Source of the DNA: Nitrospirota bacterium
Lineage (GTDB): Bacteria > Nitrospirota > JACRHJ01
NCBI GenBank assembly: GCA_963733375.1
Contig: CAVTDB010000026.1
Span: 1 to 64,000, forward strand
Reading direction: 5' to 3'
DNA length: 64,000 bases
Shown: positions 33,752 to 45,819 of the stretch, piece after piece
Layout: every line of letters begins with the position of its first letter
Numbering within the stretch: position 1 is the first letter of the stretch
Made by a program: the position numbers and the translations under genes
The notes under the pieces: model-generated
Told to the model about the DNA's origin: nothing
What the model saw: only the letters and a program-made list of their open reading frames with translations
Databases searched by the model: none

Positions 33752-34018
33752 TTAAGCTGGAGGCGGTCTTATCTCTGACGGGGTTATCTGCCGGACGGGA
33801 AAATTGAAGTTGGATTGAAGGATTACATACTCAGTTGCGGCAAACTCTGGCGCAAAGTCTATATTTCATAAAGGCTATGTCTGGTGATTTTAATGGTGCA
33901 GGACTATGCATTTGGGGCAGTCGTCATGGTCGCATCCGTCGTCATGGAAGTGGCCGACCGCGACCAAAGTGGAAACGAAGAATATAACGGCTAATAGTAA
34001 AAAAACCCGTTTTCGCAT
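33752..34018 (-). CDS. DUF2946-like leader peptide (signal/TM, His-rich CxxC, C-terminal RPPP); missing from the ORF track
   Basis: MRKRVFLLLAVIFFVSTLVAVGHFHDDGCDHDDCPKCIVLHH...[9-codon patch with stops, repaired by a compensating indel pair]...NIDFAPEFAATEYVILQSNFNFPVRQITPSEIRPPPA*. Start and stop are in the same frame. Confidence 0.7.
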
Positions 34019-34462
34019 TTAGAAACTCTGCCACAATATAGTTTAAATGTCAAAATAAAATCTTTCGGTCGGAGCGTTGGGCCCCTCGGATAGACGTCTT
34101 GGGAAGCTAAGAAATGCCTTTTCGCTGTCCATAGGGTCTAAACAAATGCAAACAGTCAAGCTTTGCCAGACAGGCAACATTGCTGCCAGCGTATTTTCCG
34201 AATCGTCACCCAGGCAGTTTTGGGCTGGCGGCGGAGTCAAGGGCTTTCCTTTTTTTTCCTAAAACGTAAAATCAATGAGTACAGGAGCCGTCAAAGCTCC
34301 CGTAACTGTGAATATTGATTTCAACGTCGTGCTTAATTTTTAGGCAAAACATCACAATAAATTTCCATCCCCCCCACAACCTATTTCCCTCCTCAGTTTT
34401 TGCAATAGATAAAAACTCCATTTAATAAGCGGGTTGCCAGTGTTAGTCGATTAGTTACTTTC

Positions 34463-34478
34463 TGGCATAAAAATTGTA
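34463..34478 (+). promoter_or_regulatory. Possible sigma54 promoter of nifA (GT instead of GC at -12)
   Basis: TGGCAT-AAAAA-TTGTA. Confidence 0.45.
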
Positions 34479-34490
34479 TTTAACCTCATT

Positions 34491-36050
34491 ATGGTTAAAG
34501 AGAAAGACGAAAAAATCCTCGAACTCACAACCCTGTACGAGGTAGCGAGGCTCGCGTCGTCTTCGCTGGATCTTAACTCGACACTGGGCTCTATACTTCA
34601 TGCGCTGTCGGTATCGCTTGAGATGAAGCGGGGTACGCTTACCCTCCTCGACTCATCCACGGGCGTTCTGGAGGTCCGAGCCTCCTACGGCCTCAGCGCA
34701 AGCGAAATGAAGCGCGGGAGATACAAGATCGGGGAGGGGGTTACCGGGAAAGTGTTCGAGACGGGCCTCCCGTTCATAGCCCCGGACGTTAAAAAGGAGC
34801 CGCTATTTTTAAATAGGACTGGTTCGCGCGGAGATATAAAGAAGGAGAATATATCCTTCATCGGCGTGCCGGTAAAGGTCAGGAACAAAGTTATAGGCGT
34901 ACTTTCTGTCGACAGGCTCTTTCCGATGAAGGTGGATTATGAGGAAGACGTGAGACTTCTGAATATAGTCGCCTCCATTATCGGACAAGCGGTAATCCTG
35001 CACGACATGATAGAGGCCGACAAGAAGAAGCTTGTCCAGGAGAACGTCCAGCTCAAAAGGGAGCTTGGGAAAAAATACAGCCTGCCGAACATCATCGGGA
35101 CCACCGATACCATGCAGGAGGTTTTTCACTCGGTCGAGGTGGTAAGCAAGAGCCGGTCGACTGTGCTGATAAGAGGAGAAAGCGGCACGGGCAAGGAGCT
35201 GATCGCCAAAGCCATCCATTATATAAGCCCGAGGAGCAAGCGGCCGTTTATCAAGTTCAACTGTGCGGCCATTCCGGAAGGGCTTCTCGAATCCGAACTT
35301 TTCGGCCATGAGAAAGGGGCGTTCACGGGTGCGATCGCGGCAAAAAAGGGCCGCTTTGAGCTTGCCCAGGGCGGCACGATATTCCTGGACGAGATTGGCG
35401 ACCTGCCTCTTTCTCTCCAGCCTAAAATGCTTCGCGTCCTGCAGGAGCATGAGTTCGAACGGGTCGGCGGCGAGAATACCATCAAGGTGGATATCAGGGT
35501 AATCGCGGCGACAAGCCGGGACCTTGAAAAATCCCTGGAAAAAGGCCTGTTCCGCGAGGATCTATACTACAGGCTGAACGTGGTCCCCATATTCATCCCC
35601 CCGCTTAGGGACAGGCGGGAGGACATACCCGAGCTAGTCGATTACTTTGCCAAAAAGTACGGCGCGAGGGCGGAAAGGGACGTGCGCTTTACGGAGGAGG
35701 CGGTCATGGCCCTTACGCGCTATCCCTGGCCCGGCAACGTGAGGGAACTCGAAAACGTCATCGAGCGCACCGTAGTAATGACCGACAATAATGTCATAGA
35801 CGCGTCCAGTCTGAAGCTTTTACCCGTCCAGATAAAGCCCGTTAAATAAATCCAGGGAGCACGAAGCCCTGCCCCAGACGATCCAGGACGTGGAGCTGAA
35901 GGCCCTTAAGGAAGCCCTTGCCCGCACGGGCTGGCGTCAGGCGGCCGCGGCAAGGCTTTTGGGAATCACGCCCCGCCAGATCGGATACAAAATGCGCAAG
36001 TACGGCATTGCCTCTTCAGACAGCCAATCCGTTATAGAATCACCAAATAA
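34491..36050 (+). CDS. nifA: Nif-specific sigma54 activator (GAF-AAA+-HTH); frameshift before the HTH, end approximate
   Basis: GAF ([17 protein letters not shown]), [24 protein letters not shown]; [22 protein letters not shown] in ORF 35890..; directly upstream of nifH. Confidence 0.9.
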
Positions 36051-36181
36051 CGAATATCGTCAAGCTGGGTTCCTCCGATTGCCGTTTCCTCATCGCGAGC
36101 AAAAGCGCGTGTATATGAGTCGCTCGGCGGGCGGAGGGTCATCCCATTTGGCGATACTCGTCTTGCGACTCCACTTGTCCG

Positions 36182-36211
36182 ACATTTTTGTATTAACCCC
36201 TACCGATTTGT
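36182..36211 (+). promoter_or_regulatory. Putative NifA upstream activator site of nifH
   Basis: ACA-TTTT-TGT-N10-ACC-GATT-TGT, about 80 nt before -24; contains a TGT-N10-AC core. Confidence 0.6.
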
Positions 36212-36291
36212 TCCATATTTAATTTTTCATCGTAGAGCTGGAATTCCAACAAAGCCTTACCCATCAGGCATTCGCGCGATTTTATGCGTCC

Positions 36292-36307
36292 TGGCACGCA
36301 TGTTGCT
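36292..36307 (+). promoter_or_regulatory. Sigma54 promoter of nifH
   Basis: TGGCAC-GCATG-TTGCT, consensus match. Confidence 0.9.
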
Positions 36308-36324
36308 CTATAAGTATGGCATAG

Positions 36325-37208
<884 letters not shown>

Positions 37209-37211
37209 TGA

Positions 37212-38668
37212 ATGAAATCTGTAAAGGATATGCAGGATATTCTCGACGATATACTGAAGGCCTATCCGGAGAAGACCCGCAAGAAAAGGGAAGGCCACCT
37301 GGCCGTGAAATGCGCCGAGACCGCCGAAGGTGCGGAAGGTCTGAAGGCCAATCGACATGCAGCACCTGTGCCGTAAAGTCTAACGTGAAATCCATGCCGG
37401 GCGTAATGACCGGCAGGGGATGCGCGTACGCCGGCAGCAAGGGCGTCGTCTGGGGACCGGTGCGCGACATGGTTCATCTCTCCCACGGCCCCGTCGGATG
37501 CGGGTATTACTCGTGGAGCACAAGGCGTAACCTGGCCCAGGGAAAGCCGGGCGTCGATAACTTCGTGCCGTTCCAGTTCACGTCCGACTTCCAGGAAAAG
37601 GACATAGTTTACGGCGGAGCGCAGAAGCTGGAAGATATATGCCGGGAGATAAGGACGCTTTTTCCGGAGGCGAAGGGAATATCCATTCAGTCGGAATGCC
37701 CCATCGGCCTGATAGGCGACGACATAGAGGCGTCCGCCAAGAAGATGAAGGAGGAACTGGGCATCGACGTCGTGCCGGTGCGCTGCGAGGGTTTCAGGGG
37801 AGTCAGCCAGTCCCTGGGCCACCACATTGCGAACGACAGCATCCGGGACCACGTGCTGGGAAAAGGCAAGCTTAAAGACCCCGGCCCGTATGATGTCGCG
37901 ATAATCGGCGACTACAACATAGGCGGCGACGCCTGGGCCTCCAGGAAGATACTGGAAGAACTGGGGCTAAGGGTCGTGGCGATGTGGTCCGGCGACGGCC
38001 AGCTTGAGACCATGAAGCTCACGCACGCGGTGAAGCTGAACCTCATCCACTGCTACCGCTCCATGAACTATATCGCGCGCCACATGGAGGAGGAGTACGG
38101 CATACCCTGGCTTGAATACAACTTCTTCGGGCCCACCCGGATAGAGGCCTCGCTTCGGAGCATTGCTTCGCGCTTTGACGACAGGATAAAGGAAAACGCG
38201 GAGAAGATAATCGAAAAATACAAACCGGCGATGGACGCGGTGGTAAACAAGTACCGCCCGAGGCTGGACGGCAGGCGCGTGATGCTGTACGTCGGGGGCT
38301 TAAGGCCCAGACACGTGATAGGCGCTTACGAGGACCTGGGCATGAAGATAATCGGGACGGGGTATGAGTTCGGGCACGCGGACGATTACAAACGCACGCT
38401 CCCGCAGGTAGGCGAGGGCACGGTAATATACGACGACGTGACCCAGTTCGAGATGGACGAGCTGGTGAAACACATCCAGCCGGACTTGGTCGGCGCCGGG
38501 ATAAAGGAAAAATATGTCTTCCAGAAGATGGGCGTGCCTTTCAGGCAGATGCACTCGTGGGATTACTCCGGCCCGTACCACGGCTACGACGGTTTCCCCA
38601 TCTTCGCCCGCGACATGGACATGGCGATAAACTCGCCGACGTGGAATTTGGTAAAGAGCCCGTTTTAA
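37212..38668 (+). CDS. nifD: Nitrogenase MoFe protein alpha chain; one 5' frameshift
   Basis: [10 protein letters not shown]; RGCAYAG, PVGC, SECPIG (P-cluster Cys); HCYRS and QMHSWDY (FeMoco ligands); no long group-II insertion. Confidence 0.98.
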
Positions 38669-38670
38669 AT

Positions 38671-38716
38671 CGGGACAGTTTAAAAGTTTTTGGGCCGCCT
38701 TTTTCCAAAAAGGCGG
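38671..38716 (+). repeat. Double-hairpin repeat, copy 4 (right half)
   Basis: GGACAGTTTAAAAGTTTTTGGG-CCGCCTTTTT-CC-AAAAAGGCGG between nifD and nifK. Confidence 0.85.
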
Positions 38717-38734
38717 GACCTTAGGGGGCAATTA

Positions 38735-40145
38735 ATGAAAACAGAAGAATGGATCAATACAGTCGAATACAAGGAGCTTAACTTCGCCAGGAAGGCGCTC
38801 GTGGTAAATCCCGCCAAGGCATGCCAGCCCCTGGGCGCTTTCTTCTGCGCGTCGGGATTTGAGGGCACGCTGCCCGTACGAGCACGGCTCCCAGGGATGC
38901 GCGGCCTATTTCAGGAACAACCTCTCCCGGCACTACCGTGAGCCGTTTCCCGCGGTATCGGACTCCATGACGGAAGACGCGGCAGTCTTCGGCGGCAGGG
39001 CGAACATGCTAGAGGGCCTGAAGAACGCCTACGAGATATACAAGCCGAAGATGATCGCGATGTGCACGTCGTGCATGGCGGAGGTCATCGGCGACGACCT
39101 GAAGGCGTTCATATCCAATTCCAGGGACGCGGGCTCGATCCCCAAGGACTTCCCGGTAACGTACGCACACACGCCGAGCTTCATCGGCTCGCACCTGACG
39201 GGCTACGACAACATGCTGAACGGTATAATCGAGGGCATGTCCGAGGGCAGGTACAAAGATGGGGAGAGGAACGGAAAACTGAACATCATCCCCGGCTTCG
39301 ACCCGCATATCGAGAACATCCGCGAAATAAAACGCTACATGGCGTTGATGGGCGTGGACGCCACGGTGCTCGCGGACAACTCGGAGAGCTTCGATTCCCC
39401 GCTAACGGGCGAATATGAGATGTACAAAGGAAAGACCACGCTTGACGAGGCCGGCGACTGCGTGAACGCCGCCGCGACGGTATCCATGCAGGCATACGCC
39501 TCGGTAAAGACGCTCAAGACGTTAAAGACCGCATACGGCCAGCAAACGGAGGCTTTTAACTATCCGATGGGCATAGCCGCGTTCGACAAGTTCCTGATGA
39601 AGGTGTCGGAGATTACGGGGAAGCCGGTGCCGGAGGGCATAAAGTGGGAGCGCGGGATTGCGGTGGACGCCGCGACGGATGCGCACCAGTACTTGCATGG
39701 GAAGCGGTTCGCAATCTTCGGGGACCCGGACGTTATGCTCGGCCTTGCGGGCTTTATCATGGAGATGGGCGGCGAGCCGGCGCATATCGTGTGCACGAAC
39801 GGCACGAAGAAATGGGGCAATGAGATGCAGGCGCTTCTTGCATCCTCGCCGTACGGCGCGTCCGCGAAGGTCTATCCGGGCAAGGACCTCTGGCACATGC
39901 GCTCGCTCCTCATGACGGAGCCGGTGGATATGCTGATAGGCGACTCGCACGGCAAATACGCGGCCAGAGACGCGGGCATCCCGTTGGTCAGGATAGGCTT
40001 CCCGATAGTGGACAGGGTGAACCTGCACCGCTACGCGACGTTAGGCTACAAGGGCGCGGTCAACCTCATTACCTGGATCGCCAACGCCTTCATCGACGAG
40101 GTAGACCGTAACAGCGACGACGCGCATTTCGAACTGTTGAGATAA
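38735..40145 (+). CDS. nifK: Nitrogenase MoFe protein beta chain; one frameshift
   Basis: [35 protein letters not shown]; ends FELLR. Confidence 0.97.
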
Positions 40146-40150
40146 GACCT

Positions 40151-40249
40151 GTTACCTTTTTGGGAAAAAGGTAACGCCAAAAACTTTGAAACTTGTTTTA
40201 ACTCTGGTTTTCTTTTGGTTACTTTTCTTTTTTCCAAAAGAAAAGTAAC
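40151..40249 (-). repeat. Double-hairpin repeat, copy 5 (inverted)
   Basis: Reverse complement matches copy 3 end to end; lies between nifK and nifEN. Confidence 0.9.
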
Positions 40250-40259
40250 AAAGGTTCCA

Positions 40260-42831
40260 ATGCCTACACAGGTTGATAAATATTTCGAGCATTCCTGCCG
40301 GCCTGATTCGGCGGCGGGGGTATGCAGGGGCAGGGGCGGCGAGTCCTGCGCGTTCGACGGGGCGATGATAGTGCTCCAGTGCATCGCGGACGCCGCGCAC
40401 CTCGTGCATGGGCCGATCGCCTGCCTCGGAAACTCCTGGGAGTCCCGCGGGACCGTCTCGGACAAGGGAATCCTGCACAAGAGGGCATATACCACGGACT
40501 TAACCGAGATGGACATCATCTACGGCGCGGAGGAAAAACTGTTCCGCGCAATCGCCGAGACACGCAAGGATTCCAACGCTTCGTCCATATTCGTTTACTC
40601 GACATGCGTGACAGGGCTGATCGGCGAAGACATGGATGCGGTATGCAGGCGGGCTTCGAGCGCGCTTGGCATAAATGTAATACCGGTGCACTCGCCCGGC
40701 TTCCTCGGGCCGAAGAACCTGGGGAACAGGATAGCGGGCGACGTCCTCCTGGAGCACGTTATCGGGACGGCGGAGCCTGAAACGACTACGCTTACCGATA
40801 TAAACCTGATAGGCGAATACAACATCGCGGGCGACCTTTACCTGGTGGAGCCGGTACTTAAGAAGGCGGGTTTCAACGTGCTTTCCCATATGACCGGGAA
40901 CGCGACCTTCGAGGAAATAACGCGGGCGCACAGGGCGAAACTGAATGTAGTCGTCTGCGGGCGGGCGCTTATAAATGTCGCGAGGGAGATGGAGCGCAGG
41001 TACGGTATACCGTACGTCGAGGTATCGTTCTTCGGGAAGGCGGAGTTCTCTAAGGCGCTAAGGGCCATTGCGGCGGCCCTCGAAAAGCAGGGCGCGGAAG
41101 TGGTGGACCGCACCGAAGTCCTGATCGAAATAAAGGAGCGAAAACTTGCCGAGAGGCTGAAAAGTTTCGAATCCCTCAGGGGCAAGAAGGCTGTGCTTTA
41201 TTCCGGGGGCGTGAAGAGCTGGTCGCTCATCTCCGCGCTCATGGATTTAGGCATTACAGTCGCGGCCGTCGGGACGAAGAAGAGCACCGCCGAAGACGAG
41301 GAGAAGATGCGGGCGATTATGGGCCCGGACGCGCCGCTTTACGAGAACATGACGCCCGCCAACATACTTAAGCTGATGAGGCAGAGCCATGCGGACATAC
41401 TTGATTGCGGGCGGACGAAACCTATACCTTGGCATAAAGGAAGGTTTCCCGTTCGTGGACGTGAACCAGGAACGGCACTCCGCGTATGCCGGATACGACG
41501 GCCTCGTCAATTTAGCGCGCGACATAACATCCTCGATAGATTTTTATGCGGGCCGGGCGGCGTCGTCGAAGCGTGTCCCATTAATCGAGAAGGCGTCTTA
41601 CGCGGCATCCGTCAACCCCTTGAAACATTCGCCCTCGATTGGGGCGGCGATGGCATTGCAGGGAGTGGACGGGGCGCTCGCGGTGATGCACGGTGCCCAG
41701 GGCTGCAATTTCCTGGGGAAGGTGCTCCTGACGAAACACTTCAGGGAACCCATAGCGATGGCCAGCACGAAGCTCTTTTCGGAAGACGTCGTAATGGGGA
41801 GCGAGGAAAGGCTTATCGAGGTGGTGGAGGAAGCGGCCCGGAAAAGCAGCCCGGATTTAATCGGCATAATTACCGCCGGGCTTGCGGAGGTGAAGGGCGA
41901 GGACACGAAGATGGCGGTCAATAAGATCGATGCGCCGGGGACCGCGCTCATGCACGTTTCCGCCCCGGATTACAAGGGCGGCCTTCAGGAGGGCTATGCA
42001 TCCGCGGTGGAGGCGATGGTAACGCTCGCGGAGCCGGGCTATAAGGTAATGGGACGGGTGAATGTGCTGGCGAACGGGTCTTTGACGCCGGCGGATTTTA
42101 ACTTGATACGGGAAGTTATGGAAAGCTTTGGACTTGAGCCGATAATGCTGCCGGACCTGTCCGCGCTCGATGGGAGCCGGGAAGGTTTTTCCCCGCTGGC
42201 AAAGGGCGGCGTCCAGGTTTCAAAGATACGCCAGGCCGGCACCGCTTCTTTCACTATCGCAATCGGGGGGAGCCTGCTTAAGGCGGCAAGGACGCTGCGC
42301 AAGACGTGCGGCGTCCCGTATATCATGTTCGATTCCATTACCGGCCTTGCGGCATGCGACCGTTTCTTCAGGAAGCTCTCGGAGATAGCGGGGCGTCCCG
42401 CGCACGAGAGATACCTGAGGGAACGCAGGATATTGGTTGACGGGATGAGGGACGCGGCATTTTTTTTCGGCGGGAAGAAAATCGCCCTCGCCCAGGAGTC
42501 CGACGCCGCCGTCGGCCTTTCGGCATTAATCGGCGAAATGGGCGGCGATACTGAACTTGCCGTAGTGCCTGTCGAGACGCAGTCCAGCGCGAAGATAAAC
42601 GCGCGGAAGGTGGTCGTTGGGGATTTCGGCTCGGTCGACGGGGAATTCGACATGCTCATTGCCAATTCGCACGGGGCAATGACCGCAAAGGCCCTGGACG
42701 CCTCGCACCTTCAGTGGGGCTTTCCGGTCTTCGAGCGGCTGGGGCATACTACGGCGCTGTCCGCGGGATATAAGGGGACGCTGGACATGGTCAATATGAT
42801 AGGAAACGCATTGATGGAGGAAAGGGCATGA
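40260..42831 (+). CDS. nifEN: Fused FeMo-cofactor scaffold NifEN; one frameshift near 41400
   Basis: CAFDGA, HGPIAC, STCVTG, VVCGRA (NifE). The NifE C-terminus (DVNQER..AYAGY.G) runs without a stop into NPLKHSP..GA...HGAQGC (NifN). Confidence 0.9.
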
Positions 42832-43217
42832 AGGTCGCATTCGCAACCACTGACGGAATCCGCGTGGACGAACATTTCGGGCGCGCGGCGAAGTTCCTCA
42901 TATATGAGTTTACGGGGGAGGGTTACAAGAAGATTGAAGAGAGGGTATTTTCGGGCGAGGCAAGAGACGCCGCAGTAGAGAACACCAAAGGCATGGGAGC
43001 GGAGCACGACGCGGCGGTCGAGGCGAAGGTGGAGAAGATCTCGGACTGCAAAATAGTGTATATGACAAATATCGGCGGGCCTTCCGCCGCAAGGCTCGGC
43101 AGGAAAGGCATCCTGCCCGTGAAGGTGAAGGAAGGGACGGGCATACTGGACTCGGCGGAGGCGCTGATGCAGACGATAAAAAATTCGCCCCCGCCCTGGA
43201 TGAGAAAGTTACTTTAA
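42828..43217 (+). CDS. nifX: FeMo-cofactor carrier NifX
   Basis: MKVAFATTD...VDEHFG; IGGPSAAR; PPPWMRK. Confidence 0.92.
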   Translation: MKVAFATTDGIRVDEHFGRAAKFLIYEFTGEGYKKIEERVFSGEARDAAVENTKGMGAEHDAAVEAKVEKISDCKIVYMTNIGGPSAARLGRKGILPVKVKEGTGILDSAEALMQTIKNSPPPWMRKLL

Positions 43218-43221
43218 AGTC

Positions 43222-43320
43222 GTTACTTTTCTTTCGGGTGAAGAAAAGTAACACAAAAGAAAGCCGGACAGTTAAAACAGTTTAAAAGTTTTTGGGGGCG
43301 ACCTTTTTCCAAAAAGGGCG
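43222..43320 (+). repeat. Double-hairpin repeat, copy 6
   Basis: GTTACTTTTCTT..AAGAAAAGTAAC ACAAAAGAAAGC...GTTAAAACAGTTTAAAAGTTTTTGG..GCGACCTTTTTCCAAAAAGGGCG. Confidence 0.9.
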
Positions 43321-43344
43321 CGACGTTAATCAGGAGGTCTTTAG

Positions 43345-43659
43345 ATGAAGATGATAAGGGCGATAGTCAGGCCGGAGAAGGAAGATGACGTGGTGCTGGC
43401 GCTCGAGGGCGCGGGCTTTCCCGCGATGACCAAGGCGCACGTGTTCGGGCGCGGCAAGCAGAAGGGGCTGCAGGTGGGGCCGGTGCATTACGACCTGCTC
43501 CCGAAAGTCCTGCTGCTGCTGGTGGTCCATGACGAAGAGGTCCAGAAGGTGATGTCCGTAATAACGGACAACTCGAAGACGGGCTTCATCGGCGACGGCA
43601 AGATATTCGTCTCCGAAGTGGAAGACGCCTATACCATCAGGACCGGGGAGGGCTTATGA
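43345..43659 (+). CDS. nifI1: PII-family nitrogenase regulator NifI1
   Basis: IRAIVRPEK, GRGKQKG.....YD.LPK, GDGKIFV; paired PII genes inside nif. Confidence 0.85.
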   Translation: MKMIRAIVRPEKEDDVVLALEGAGFPAMTKAHVFGRGKQKGLQVGPVHYDLLPKVLLLLVVHDEEVQKVMSVITDNSKTGFIGDGKIFVSEVEDAYTIRTGEGL

Positions 43660-44078
43660 AAGAGGTAATGGCCATAATCCGTCAGTCCAAGGTAAAGGAG
43701 ACGCTTTCGGCCCTTGTCGATATAGGCGTAACTTCCGTTACAATACACAGCCTGAACGGGCGGGGCAAACAGGGCGGCAACATAATGGAGTCGGTCGATC
43801 CGGAGATGAAGACGGACGTGGAATGCGTCTCGAAGATATATAAGTTCCCGACGCCGTCATCGATGGCCGGGGACTCAAAGCTCACCAAGCCCGTCTTCTG
43901 GGTGCCGAAGAGCCTCCTGAACCTGGTGGTATCGGAGGTGCCGGTGGAAAAGGTGGTGGAGACGCTGACCTCGGTCAACCGCACCGGCAGGTGCGGCGAC
44001 GGAAAGATTTTCATACTGCCTGTGACGGACGCTGTACGCATCCGCACCGGCGAAACAAGCGACGCGGCCATCATATGA
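43656..44078 (+). CDS. nifI2: PII-family nitrogenase regulator NifI2
   Basis: MKEVMAIIR, GRGKQ, VPK, N.TG..GDGKIF.LPV.DAVRIRTGE. Confidence 0.85.
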   Translation: MKEVMAIIRQSKVKETLSALVDIGVTSVTIHSLNGRGKQGGNIMESVDPEMKTDVECVSKIYKFPTPSSMAGDSKLTKPVFWVPKSLLNLVVSEVPVEKVVETLTSVNRTGRCGDGKIFILPVTDAVRIRTGETSDAAII

Positions 44079-44088
44079 GGAGGGCGAC

Positions 44089-44367
44089 ATGCTGACCGGC
44101 AGGACATGCGGCGGATTAGAGTGGGTGCCGAGTTTCATACTCTCCATAGACGTTTCCAAGTGCATAGGCTGCGGCAGGTGCTACAAGGCATGCGGCAGAA
44201 ATGTACTGGAACTGATCGAGAAGCCGTTTGAAGGCGACGACGATTTCGGCGACGACATGGGCAACAAGGTCATGTCCATAATGAGCCGGGAAGACTGCAT
44301 CGGATGCGGTGCGTGCGGCCGGGCGTGCACAAAAAAATGCCACGCGTATGCTCCGGTAAGCGAGTAA
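44089..44367 (+). CDS. fdxB: Nif-specific 2[4Fe-4S] ferredoxin III
   Basis: W.P.F...ID..KCIGCGRCYKACGR.VL; CIGCGACGRAC.K.C. Confidence 0.88.
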   Translation: MLTGRTCGGLEWVPSFILSIDVSKCIGCGRCYKACGRNVLELIEKPFEGDDDFGDDMGNKVMSIMSREDCIGCGACGRACTKKCHAYAPVSE

Positions 44368-44380
44368 TGGGAGGAGCGGG

Positions 44381-44944
44381 ATGAATACGGCGGATATACT
44401 TGAATGTTCACCCAAGCCGGAATGTGATTATTTCCTGAACCGGGTGGCCAGGGCGCTATGGAGCATCTTATTGCGGGGCGTCGCCGGTGACATCCCTCAT
44501 CTTGCGTGCGGTTTCAGGGTCGGCGAGTTCAACCGCGTATTCAAGAGGTTTTATCCGGATGTCAGGTATGGGATATTCATCCCGTCCGCCCAAGACCGTA
44601 AGACCTTTGAGGAGAGGCGTTTCGAGTTCGACGACCTACTGAAGCTGCTCCTCGACGGTGCCACGCACCCGGACGAGGAAACGGCCTGGATGGCAAGAGG
44701 GATGGCGGTAGCATGCCTGGGCAAAAACCACCTCTGGCAGGACATGGGCCTGCCGCACCGGAAGGCGCTCTCAGAGTTGATCAAGTCGTATTTCAGGCCC
44801 CTGCACGATAAGAACACGGCCAACATGAAATGGAAGAAGTTCTTCTATAAGCAGATATGCGAACGCGAGGGGTTTTACCTTTGCAAGTCGCCTTCCTGCG
44901 ACGCCTGCGTCGATTACGCAAAGTGCTTCGGTCCTGAAGAATAG
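44381..44944 (+). CDS. nifQ: Molybdenum donor NifQ
   Basis: NHLWQDMGL, N..NMKWKKFFYKQIC, CX4CX2CX5C (CKSPSCDACVDYAKC). Confidence 0.92.
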   Translation: MNTADILECSPKPECDYFLNRVARALWSILLRGVAGDIPHLACGFRVGEFNRVFKRFYPDVRYGIFIPSAQDRKTFEERRFEFDDLLKLLLDGATHPDEETAWMARGMAVACLGKNHLWQDMGLPHRKALSELIKSYFRPLHDKNTANMKWKKFFYKQICEREGFYLCKSPSCDACVDYAKCFGPEE

Positions 44945-45027
44945 GAAATTTATTCCATCCCCCCACACTGCCCTCCCCTTCCGGCCCGCGTTCGCGCGTA
45001 AGTCTTTAGGAGGAGGGCAAATTTAAT

Positions 45028-45057
45028 ACAATAATGCAACCCGCGCGACAAAAATGT
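45028..45057 (+). promoter_or_regulatory. Putative NifA upstream activator site of modB
   Basis: ACA-ATAA-TGC-N10-ACA-AAAA-TGT, same geometry as the nifH site. Confidence 0.6.
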
Positions 45058-45124
45058 AGCGACCCGCTCCGGTTATTCCTTAGAGCCTCCCGCTAACTGC
45101 CCGCCAACATTGTATCCGGATGTT

Positions 45125-45140
45125 TGGCACACGTCTTGCT
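45125..45140 (+). promoter_or_regulatory. Sigma54 promoter of modBAC-nifV-nifB
   Basis: TGGCAC-ACGTC-TTGCT, consensus match. Confidence 0.88.
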
Positions 45141-45153
45141 CTATATAAAAGAC

Positions 45154-45819
45154 ATGATGACCTTGGAACTATCTCCATTATTTATAACCCTTAAAGTAGC
45201 AGGGCTCGCCACGCTGCTCGCGCTTGTCATGGGGACCCTGGCGGCATATGTCCTGGCGAAGCATTCCTTTCCGGGCAAGGAGATGCTCGACACGCTCTTC
45301 ACTCTCCCGATGGTACTGCCGCCCACGGTGCTCGGATATTACCTGCTGGTATCCTTCGGCAGGAACGGCTTCCCCGGGCGATGGCTGGAGCACGTCTTCG
45401 GCGTATCGCTCGTATTCACCTGGCAGGGCGCGGTGTTAGCCGCGGCCGTGGTGTCCCTGCCGCTCGTCCAAAAATCCGCCAGGGCGGCGTTTGAAGGGGT
45501 GGACGGTACTCTCCAGGACGCCGCGCGGACTCTTGGAAAGAGTGAGCCTGAAGTATTCCTGCTGGTGACGCTGCCGCTGGCCTGGCGCGTGATACTTTCC
45601 GGAGTGATGCTCGCTTTCGCACGCGCGGTGGGCGAATTCGGGGCGACGCTCATGATTGCCGGAAACCTGCCCGGAAGGACGCAGACCCTATCACTTGCGA
45701 TTTACGATGCGGTGCAGTCCGGCAATGATTCACTCGGCACGGTGCTCGTGCTAACGACCTCTTCGGTGTGCGCAGGCGTCCTGCTCCTGTCGAAAAGGCT
45801 TCTAAAGACGGAGGTATGA
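45154..45819 (+). CDS. modB: Molybdate ABC permease
   Basis: LPMVLPPTVLGYYLL; AFARAVGEFGATLMIAGN.PG.TQT. Confidence 0.93.
   Translation: MMTLELSPLFITLKVAGLATLLALVMGTLAAYVLAKHSFPGKEMLDTLFTLPMVLPPTVLGYYLLVSFGRNGFPGRWLEHVFGVSLVFTWQGAVLAAAVVSLPLVQKSARAAFEGVDGTLQDAARTLGKSEPEVFLLVTLPLAWRVILSGVMLAFARAVGEFGATLMIAGNLPGRTQTLSLAIYDAVQSGNDSLGTVLVLTTSSVCAGVLLLSKRLLKTEV

Noticed and set aside
33855-33895. In-frame TAA/TAG/TGA in the leader peptide as stop-codon recoding
   Set aside because: All three stop types fall within nine codons and disappear with one compensating indel pair; stops behave normally elsewhere.
34040-34300. Zur/Fur box or metal riboswitch upstream of the metal-uptake operon
   Set aside because: Only short palindromes such as GCAACATTGC were seen; no convincing consensus.
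37212-40145. Alternative V or Fe-only nitrogenase
   Set aside because: No G-subunit gene lies between D and K; NifD motifs are Mo-type and nifQ and modABC are present.
40215-42831. Separate nifE and nifN genes as the ORF track suggests
   Set aside because: The break falls inside NifE; the second ORF holds the NifE C-terminus continuous with NifN.
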